Assembly: GCA_025594325.1 (NCBI GenBank)
Contig: JANHCV010000001.1
Span: 1,860,001-1,924,000, forward strand
Source of the DNA: Blastocladiella emersonii ATCC 22665
Taxonomy: Eukaryota; Fungi; Blastocladiomycota
Reading direction: 5' to 3'
DNA: 64,000 nucleotides
Position numbers and translations under genes: made by a program. Shown here piece by piece: positions 32,733 to 41,755 of the stretch (the first letter of the stretch is position 1; every line of letters starts with the position of its first letter). The notes beneath the pieces were generated by a model that saw only the letters and a program-made list of their open reading frames with translations, did no database searches and was not told where the DNA came from.

Positions 32733-35320
32733 TTACAAGACCTGCGACGCGTTCCGTCCACTTTGACGCTCGAGCACACACTTCCGACGCGTCGCGCGGT
32801 TGCGCTTCCGACGTCGACGGTACGCCTGCTGCTGCACGTCCTCGGACTCGAGCAGACTCGGGTCCAAGGTCTGCCCGAGCACGCTCGCCTTGCGGACGGC
32901 TGCGCGCGCCTTCTTGGCCTTGAGGCGCTTCGCCTCGGCCACTGCCGTCGCCCGAGGAACGCCCACGCGCCGCACGCCCGAGACCACCGTGTTACCCAAC
33001 GTCACAGCAGCGGGGCGGACGAGCGAGGTAGAAGTCGATGGCGACTTGGCGTTGGTGGTGAGCTTGGACTGGGAAGCGGGGGCCGAGGAACTTGGTGAAG
33101 ATGATGCCGAGGCCGAGGAACTTGGTGAAGATGATGCCGAGGCCGAGGAACTTGGTGAAGATGATGCCGAGGGCTCCGCGACCTCGTCGTCCTCGTCAAA
33201 GTGCAGCAGGTGCGAGTTGAAGAGGAGGATGTTCATGGCGGCGTTGCGGTCGCGGTTGAAGGCCTTGCCGCACGACCTGCACGTCTTCTCGTTCCAGTCG
33301 TCGGCCGCACGAGGTCGCACTTGTGGTCCTTGCCGTTGTCGGCCGCCACGGCAGCGCACGCGCAGCACCGCTTGGACGTGTACGCCTCGTTGACGACGTG
33401 GATGTCGACGCCGCGCTTGCGCATCTCGCGGATCATCTCCTTAACCGGGCCCTTGTGCGACTTCTTGATTGCGCCGAAGTTGTTGGCGTGGCCAATGAGC
33501 ACGACCGCGTCGTGGAACGAGTTGGCGAGGTCGGACCACCACTTCTGGCGCCGCGAGCCCGAGAAGAACCGGCGGCGCTTGAGCGACTTGCGGTCGCCAA
33601 ACTCCTGGAGCTGCGCCGCGTGCTTGAGCTCGGCCTCGAGGATCTTGTCCTGGTCGCGCGACATGTACGCCTCCGACAGCTCGACGAGGGCCGGCTCGAC
33701 GCCCCAATTCTTGGCCGCGTCGACGTGGTCCTTGGCCGCCCGAACGGCGCCCGTCTGGTACTGGAACTGCGCGCTGGTGATCTGCGCGTACGTGGCCTTG
33801 CCCTCGGTGTCCATGTTGGTGGCGATGTCGAGGACCTCCTGCTTGAAGTCGGCCGAGTCCGCGTGCGCCGACCGTTGGGCGCGGGCCCGCCGGTCACGCA
33901 TGCGCTTGGCCTGCTTGTACGTCACCGCGAGACCCGAGATGAAGAAGCCGACACCCGGGTCAATGACGATCACGTACTGGCCGCGCCGGACCCGGATCTT
34001 GACGTTCTTGACGGCAAACTCCTTGGGGTCCTCGACCTCCTCGTCGTTGGCGTCGTCCTCGTGGGCGTCGACCATGCCGCACGCCGTCTCGAGCAGCTCC
34101 TCCTCGTCCGACTCGTACTCCTCGTTGGCCTCCTGCTGGTCGCCCTGCCGCCCGATCTCCTGCTCGGCCTCCTGCTGGTCAACGGTGCCGTTGTCGCTGC
34201 CGCGGGAGCGCGAACCCGACTTGGCCTTGCGGGCCGCGCCGAACGACTTTTCGATCTTGGTCGGGACGCCACCCTTGGTCATGATGAGGTGCAAGGCGTA
34301 GCCGTCGGTCTTGAAGGTGCCCGAGAACCAGGTGATGAACCGCCGGTTCAGGCCGTCCCACCGCCACAGCAGCCACGGCTCGAAGATCTGGGCCGCGAAC
34401 TCGAGCTGGTAGTCCCACGTCCGCTTGTTGAAGGCGACGCCCACCCTGCACGCCGCGTCGAACAGCTCGCGGTCTTCGTCCTCCAACGCGCCGAACAACT
34501 GCGCGCTCGGCTCGGCGCCCGTTGGGTTCTCGACGCCGAGGTACGCGAGGATGTGCGCGCGCCGGTGAGCGGGGACGAGCGTGACGATGCGCGCCGTGGT
34601 TGCCGTCGCCGCGGATGCGATGGCGGATGGCGAGCGAGGTGGCAAACTTAGGGGCGAGCGTGGTGGTGTGGGCGAGCGTGGTGGTGCGGGCGAGCGCGGG
34701 CGCGGGGAGGCGGGCGGGCGAGGTGCGGGCGAGCGCGGACGCGGCGGCGAGCGAGGCTCGGTACCGCGCGGTGGACCGGGCGGTCGGGGTTTGGGTATCG
34801 CGGCCGCGGCCGCCGCGGCGTCGTCTTCGTCGTCGTCGGACAGGTCCTCCATGTCGGCGGCGCGCTCCTCCTCGGTGAGCGCGACGAGCGGCGCCCGCGG
34901 GGTCGGAGCGGCGGGCGAGGTCACGACGGGCGCCGCGGGTTTGGCGGGCGAGGTCACGACGGGCGGGGGTGACGGGTTGAAGACGGGCACGGGGGGTCGC
35001 TGCATCGACAACGGCGCGGGTGTGACGGGCGGCAGGAGCGCGGGCGCGGCGGGCGGCGGCGGCGTGGGCGCGGCGAGCCCGGGTCCCGATGGCGGCGTCG
35101 GCAGCGAGTTGGCGCCGGTGAGGGCGAGGGCGGAGAGCGGGCTGAGGAGCGAGTCGGCGGCGAGCGGGAGGGCGGTGCGGGACCGCTTCGCGACGAGCGG
35201 CGGGCCCGCGGCAACGGCGGCGGGCGAGAGACTGCGACTCCGAGGCCGTTTGCGCTGGCGAGCGGGGTCGCCCATGTCGCACTGCATGGGCTCGACGTCG
35301 CCCGCCGACGACTGCGTCAC
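32733..35320 (-). mobile_element. Fanzor1-type (TnpB-derived) RNA-guided RuvC endonuclease gene, frameshifted near the C-terminus
   Basis: FSGTFKTDGYALHL (WED-type strand), VIDPG (D at 33959-33961), VVLIG...VNEAYTSKRCCAC (E at 33386-33388). In the -1 frame follows KTCRSCGKAFNRDRNAAMNIL (D at 33249-33251). Confidence 0.85.
33081..33172. repeat. Perfect 30-bp tandem repeat x3
   Basis: GGCCGAGGAACTTGGTGAAGATGATGCCGA at 33081, 33111 and 33141; encodes Ser-rich SASSSPSSSA-type units in the Fanzor tail. Confidence 0.97.
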
Positions 35321-35329
35321 GTTCGCGCC

Positions 35330-35974
35330 CTACCCGTGGTCGCAAGAGACGAGGCCGTCGGCCATGAGGTCAATGGAGTCGATGCGCGGTGGGGCAGCCT
35401 CCGACGCGGTCTCGGACGGGAGCGACGCCGTCGACTCGGCGGGCTGCTCGAACGGCTGCGTGGTGGTTGCACGGACCGAGTGGAGCGGGAGCGGCGACCG
35501 GAACGCGTTGGAGGGGACAATGTACACGGAAAACTCGTCACACACCCACACGCGCGGGCACCCCGCGGCGCTGTCGAACTCGACTCGGGCAGCCGGGCAG
35601 TTGCCGCGGATCCACCCGGCGACCCGCACCGCGAAGAGGGTGCACGGGTCGCCGCCCTTGATCAGCGGCGCGAGGCCAGGGTCGGGCTCGGACGCTCGCG
35701 CGAGCGCCTTGGCCGACGGGTACGCCCACGAGTGCAGCGGCTGCTTGAAGGGTCCCTGCTTGAGGGCCTGGTCGGCGGGCGCGAGCACGGGAGCGCGGCG
35801 AGGTGGTAGCGTCTGCTGCTGCTGCTGCTGCAACTTGATGTACTCCCGGCGGATCGACCAGCACCGCTCGCAGCCCTCGCCACCGGGATCGCAGTGGCAG
35901 TGCGGGAACTTGTGGGTGCGGAGAACCTCCTCGAGGACTTCTCGCACGTCTCGATCGTCATCATGATATGCCAT
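35330..35974 (-). CDS. Uncharacterised Cys-rich 214-aa ORF in frame with the Fanzor ORF
   Basis: ATG at 35974, host-like codon bias after the first few codons, HCHC-x6-CERC motif and a polyQ run. Same frame as 33233-35320, separated by one TAG (35330-35332). Confidence 0.5.
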   Translation of the reverse strand: MAYHDDDRDVREVLEEVLRTHKFPHCHCDPGGEGCERCWSIRREYIKLQQQQQQTLPPRRAPVLAPADQALKQGPFKQPLHSWAYPSAKALARASEPDPGLAPLIKGGDPCTLFAVRVAGWIRGNCPAARVEFDSAAGCPRVWVCDEFSVYIVPSNAFRSPLPLHSVRATTTQPFEQPAESTASLPSETASEAAPPRIDSIDLMADGLVSCDHG

Positions 35975-36267
35975 TGCGGTAGGTGGGGAACACGAGGAGA
36001 GCGAGGATCGAAGGCGACGGCGGCCACGAGTTTCGACACGATCGAGAGTAGACTAAGGGCCCGTTTGGTTCAGATCAGGTGGATCAGCTGAAAAAGTTGC
36101 CACGTTTCACCTCACCCCCGTTCATCTCAGCGGCCGTGCGAACCAAACGCCCCGCTGGATGAACCCCCCCCCCCGCAATAAAATCTTTCCCACCTCTTTG
36201 CAGCCGCACTTATTGCAACGAATCAACACCTAACCTCACGCATCGTGTTCTCGAGCCCTCAAACAAC

Positions 36268-37585
36268 ATGGGCAAGGGATACAACCGCAAGCTGCGCGGC
36301 CTAATGCTCACAGCCGCCCTCGCTCTCCTGCGACGTCTCGCTGCGCGCAACGAGCGCCGCTCGTGGGAGCCTATCCGCACGTCCACGCTTTCTGGCGAGT
36401 CGTGGGTTCAAGAGCTGCTGACGTGCAACAGCGAAACGCGTTTTTCGGAAATCGCCCGTATGCCCCGCGAGACCTTCAAGGCCATCTGCCGCCTGTTCCG
36501 CGACCGTGGCCTTCTCGCCGACGGCCGCGAGCTGTCCGTCGAGGCGCGCTTCATGGTTTTTCTTGTCATGGCCGGCGAGGGCAGCACCAACCGCAACCTC
36601 AGGGAGCGGTTCCAAATCTCTGGCGAGACCGCGTCCAGGGTTCTGAAGCAAGTGCTCGACGCTCTGTACCGCCTGATGCCCGAGTTCATTGTCCAGCCGT
36701 CCGATTCTACGCCCGTGCATGAGCGCATCGCCCACGACCCGAAATACGCTCCGTTCCAGAACGCGGTCGGCGCGCTTGACGGAACGCACATCCCGTTTGT
36801 TGTGCCCGCCAAGCTTCACGACTCGTTCCGAAACCGCAAGGGGACCATATACTCAAATGTCCTCGCTGCCTGCGACTTTGACTTGAACTTCACCTACGTT
36901 CTCGCAGGGTGGGAGGGCAAGGCGCATGACTCGCGCGTGCTCTCGGACGCCTTCGCCCGTGGGTTCAAGATCCCCGCCGGCCGCTTCTACCTCGCCGACG
37001 GCGGCTACGCAAACCGCACGTCCATCATCGTGCCCTTCCGCGGTACCCGCTATCATCTTCGCGAGTTTGCCCGCGGCAAGGATGGGTACGTTCTCACTGC
37101 CATGACCATCACGTTGGCGCCATCTCATCCGCTTCATCAACGTACGTAGAGTTAAGAACCGCGAGGAGCTTTTCAATCTGCGTCACGCGTCGCTCCGCAA
37201 CTCTGTTGAGCGTATCTTTGGCGTGCTCAAGAAGCGGTTCCGCGTCCTCTCGATTGGCGCGGCCTACCCAATCAAGACTCAAGTCAAGCTTGTGTACGCG
37301 CTCTGCACGCTGCACAACATGATCAACAAGTGGAACCAAGGCGGCGACGCCTTCTTTCGCGACGCCGAGACGGAGCTCCGGCGCGCGCGGGACGCGGCGC
37401 GTGAGGCGCGTGTGCGTGGGCGCGAGCCCCTGAACGACGAGAACGAGGAGGACGACGAGGCCGCTGTCCTCGAGGCCTCGCTGGACGGAGCTCGTCAGCG
37501 CGGTATCTCGCTTCGGAACCGCATCGCAAATGTTCTTTGGACCGAGTACAGGCGCGTCATGGCCGCTCGTGGGACCCGTCTTTGA
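36268..37585 (+). CDS. Harbinger/PIF DDE transposase (HARBI1-like)
   Basis: RERFQISGETASR HTH, GALDGTH, GWEGKAHDSRVL, YLADGGY, FNLRHASLRNSVERIFGVLKKRF. Intron 37086-37149 restores an intact frame. Confidence 0.95.
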
Positions 37586-37898
37586 AGGCGCGAAATAATT
37601 GTTGTACCCGCATGCATGCTGTAATATACTGATTTTTCAAGTACTATAATGTTATATAAGCGATTCTAGATGATTTGACGCGTCGCTGAGGTCAGAATGC
37701 ATCGGTGGAGACGCGTCGATCAATCACGTGACGTGTGAGACACTTTGCGAACCACGCGTTTCTCAACGAGTCGCGTCATTTTCGAGCCAAGGGTAACGAT
37801 TGAAGATACGATGGACACAAAGCCAGATGTATTGGACACAAATGGGCGAGAACAAGGCCAGGAAGCAACGCGAGGGGAGGGGGACATGTGCGAGTGAG

Positions 37899-38275
37899 CT
37901 ACTGAATGAAAATCTCGAGGATGCGCTTGCGCTTCGATTCGGACACGGCCATGACGCGAAGCGCTTGATCCTCGGTCAGGCGGGTGGCGACGTCGATCTG
38001 GTACTCTTCATTGTCGTTGTACGCGTCCTGGACCCATTCAAGTGCGGCGGTCAGGACGGGCTTGGAGTCGGCGGTCGCGACGCTCTGGAACACCTCCTTG
38101 ATGCCCATGAGGAATTCCGAGTCCGAGAGGCGACGCGAGCTGCTGTCCGAAGTGCGGCTGCGCTTGCTGGCGGGGGCCGCGTCGTCTTGACCATCGACAC
38201 CTTCCACGTCACCAGACTCCTTGCCGTCCTGCTCGAGGTGCGAGTACTCGCCGGTGGTGGTCGAGCCGCCCCACG
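37899..38275 (-). pseudogene. 5'-truncated remnant of the Harbinger second (Myb/SANT-like) ORF
   Basis: Convergent with the transposase inside the TIRs; GGSTTTGEYS, an acidic linker and a helical C-terminus remain, but no Trp-rich Myb domain is visible. Confidence 0.55.
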
Positions 38276-38767
38276 AAGGAAAACAGCGTTTATATAGGCC
38301 GGGAAGCACAGCCTGAAGGTTTCGGGGGCGAGCAGACGGGCAATTCAGCGACGAGGGTTCCATTCAGCTCATCCGGGGGTCGACCCAAACGCCGCGATGA
38401 ACGCGACGGGGTGAAAATGCCACGTTTCAGCTGGGTGAACACCGGACCGTGTAAAATCGATTGATCCACCTGATTCACCCCGGAACCAAACGGGCCCTAA
38501 ATGATATAAATAGTTTGGATCTCGTAGGGGACACGGGGGGACGGATAGTTTTCAACAAGGCGAGCAAGCAACGTGGGAGGACCGAGTTCAAGGGGGTCCG
38601 CACCCACGCCTTATTCCCGAGTAGTTTCATGGAAGAAGTTGATCGAGTAATGTGTGTTTGTATAGATGAGCAAAACGGCGACAGAGAAACGAGAGAGAGA
38701 GACGAGAAAGCGAAAACAAACGAGTTGAGTCAAGCGCGTGGCCACGGCCATGGCCACCGTACCCGCG

Positions 38768-40367
38768 TTATCGGCGCGGAGCCTCGACGGAAAGCACCAC
38801 AATGTCCTCGTTGGCCTCGGCGCGCGACAGGGGCTGCTGCGCCTCAACCTGCTTCTGCTGGGCGCGGACCTCGGCGTGGCCGCCGGGGACGACGATCTGG
38901 GCGAGCTCGGCCGTCTCGTCCGACTCCGTGGTATGACCGCTACCGCGGCGACGCTTCGGGTTGTCGCCCGGGAACAGGGTCTTGGTCAGGGCGTCGGACA
39001 GGTCGCCGATGGTGTTGGCGCGCGCAACCTTCTTGGTCATCTTGAACGACGCGATCGACATGCCATGGCAAATCACAGAGAGCAGGACCAGCATCGAGAC
39101 GAGCGGGACGACCTCGCGGCGGACGCGGTCGGGCGTGTCCTTGTTGTGGAGCAGCAGGTACGCGTAGAAGAGACCCGACACGCCCATGGGCCCGAACCAG
39201 CCGACGAACACCGCCTCGTTCCACGACTTGATGGCGGGGATCCAGCGGTACAGCGCGAGCGTGAGCGGGAGGCGGCGGAAGAAGAGCACACCGAAGCAGG
39301 GCAGGAGCAGCTTCCACCACGGGTACAGGTGCGCCAGCTCGTGCCACGGCGCAGAGGCACCCCAAAAGACGAAAAAGGCCGGCGTCAGGATCTGGTCGAG
39401 AGTATCGTTGACCGCTTCACCGTGGGTCTCGCGGCCGAACTTGCCGTTCCAGTTGAGGAAGTGACCCGCGACAAAGGCCGCGAGCAGGTCGTCGCTGCCC
39501 AGCATCCCGACGACGCCGACGCACAGGATCGCGAGCGACACCGAGTACGAGAGACGCGACGGACGGTCGATCCAGTCGTGTTTCCGGGCGAGCGTGAGCG
39601 CCTTACTCGCACCGTAGCCGAGCGCTGCGCCGAGAACCGTGCCGAGGATGATCTGGTAGCCGCAAATGTACCACGCCCACTGCCAGAGCGCCGCGCCGAC
39701 GGACGCGTTGGTGCGGAGGTACAGCGCGAGGAACAGGAACGGGAACCCGAGGCCGTCGTTGGCGCCCGACTCGGCCGAGAGAAGCGCGCGAATATGTTCG
39801 GGCACATGCCGCTCGGCGTACTTGCCCTTGACGATGGCGTTAGCGAGGACGGGGTCGGTCGGGGCGACGCACGACGCGATGATGAGGGCGTCGAGGTAGT
39901 TCATCCCAAGGATGACCGAGACCATGGCCGCCGTCAGCAGCCACTTGAACGTCATGAGCACGAACAGTAGCATGTTGATCGACCGCGGCTCCTTCCACAG
40001 GTAGCGGGCGGGCAGCTCGGCACCGGCGAAGCAGACCTGCAGGGCGATGACAAAGCGAGTGCACTCGAACGTGATCTCGGTGACGAGCTCCTCCTAGAAT
40101 TGATGGTCACGGCCATGGTGAGCGACGTGTTCGGTCGGTCGATGGCCACGGAGATGCGGCGGTGCAACGTACATTCCAGTGTTCCGTGTGCACGAGCTTG
40201 AGGGCCTTGCCGCCGATGGCGATGCCGAAGATGAGGGCGAAGGTGGTCTCGCCGATGTAGAGGCGCTCGCGGACGAGGAGCGAGACGCAGCAGAAGAGCA
40301 GGATGAACCCGCCGATGGCGAGCGAGACTCGATTGATGTCTGTGATCTGAAGGATGGAGTCGATCAT
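38768..40367 (-). CDS. NHA1: Alkali cation/H+ antiporter, CPA1 family (Nha1/Sod2-like)
   Basis: RERLYIGE, CVAPTDPVLAN, LSAESGANDG, GSDDLLAAF and GWFGPMGV motifs. Intron 40094-40172. Confidence 0.93.
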
Positions 40368-41755
40368 GGTGGAGGATGATGGGTGCCCGCAGCCGACGAT
40401 GGGTGACCATGGCCGGGTCGCGGGCGGCGCGCGGTATTTAACGATTCGGCCGCGGCCGCAGACTCCCCCGTGGCCGCCGTGGTGCCGACTGTGCACCTGA
40501 CCATAGCGATCTGGCTTCCGCCTCGGAAATACACGGTGCGACGCGGGTTCAATGCGTGTCGGACGAGGCCGCATGACCGTTCCCGACTCCAAGGACCGCC
40601 CGAGCGTTATTTCCGCATGGTTTTTGCGCCCGCGGCATCGGCAAGTCGACCACGCGCGGTGGCGCGGCGCGTTCATGCACGCGAGGGCCTCCAGATTTAG
40701 CGTGCGCCATGTGGGTCATGCGTGCTTTTTTCTGGGCACGTTCCAGCACTCGGCTTCCACGTGTGGACGTTGGCGCGAAGATGTGGCTTTTGTTCGCAGA
40801 TCCATGGCCTGGGCTCACCACTCATGTTTAATCGAGGACCAGCACGCGGATGCGAAGTGAAGCTTGGCACGCAAGCGCGCGCGAGAATCGAGTCGTGGTC
40901 CTTGACGTCCCTCGAACTTGAGTGGACGACCGCCGTGTCGGTGCACGAGAGCGACGAGCGGCATCGTGCCTGTCTTCCAGCGAGTTCGTCTCGCTTCGAA
41001 CATGTCAACTCCCTTGCCTTCCATCGCTCTCGATGCTCGCAGCATCGCACCGAGGCGGCGCGTGGAGTATCATGCGCCGCGAAGCGCCATACCGCAGCAA
41101 TGGCGACGATGGGCTGAGCATCGGGCGCGCGCGTTGCGGCTGCTCTGCTTGCGACGCGAGCGAGCGAGGTCGGCCCCAGCCACTGCGGCGTGGCGCAACG
41201 CGAGACGGCGGTCGCTGCGGGACACACGTGGAATCCACGCGATCGCGGTCGAGTGGCGCAGCTCACGTGGCGGCGGCAATGCACCGGCTGCGCCACTCGG
41301 GCGCCGGCGGGCCCGAGCAAGCTGTCGCTGCCCCTTGCAAACCTTCTCCTCTTCATCACATCCAACCCGAGGGTGCCAGCGTGGGCCCATCGCCGCCGCC
41401 GCCGCCGTCACCGCAACTACCCCGCATCTCATTCTTCGGCGCACCCCCCTGACGCCGCGGTGGCCCTCGCTCTCGCTGCATCGAGCGGCTGCCCAACACC
41501 TCGCAGAAGGCGACCACCGACCACCGCCGCCGACCGCCGCCACCGCCGCCGCCGGGTTACTCAACTGGAACCCTTCGCCTTCCGCGAAAAGGCCCGCCGA
41601 CTTGGTGGGCGTCGCCCCCGCACCTCCGCCACACACGCACACGCACACCCGGCAGTCGGCTCCCCGCAGCTTTCTCCCTCCTCTCCCGCTTTGGAGCGCC
41701 CTTGTCTTGACCCCGCTCGGCCCTCGTCCGAGTCCCCTTCTGCTCGTACACCCCC

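Larger units (their letters stand above)
36057..38497. mobile_element. PIF/Harbinger DNA transposon, 2441 bp
   Basis: Perfect 15-bp TIR GGGCCCGTTTGGTTC (36057-36071 / 38483-38497); TAA TSD (36054-36056 / 38498-38500); subterminal inverted ATCAGGTGGATCA (36074-36086 / 38462-38474). Confidence 0.96.

Noticed and set aside
33081-33172. 30-bp direct repeats next to a Cas12/TnpB-like gene as a CRISPR array
   Set aside because: The repeats are head-to-tail with no spacers and lie in a coding frame.
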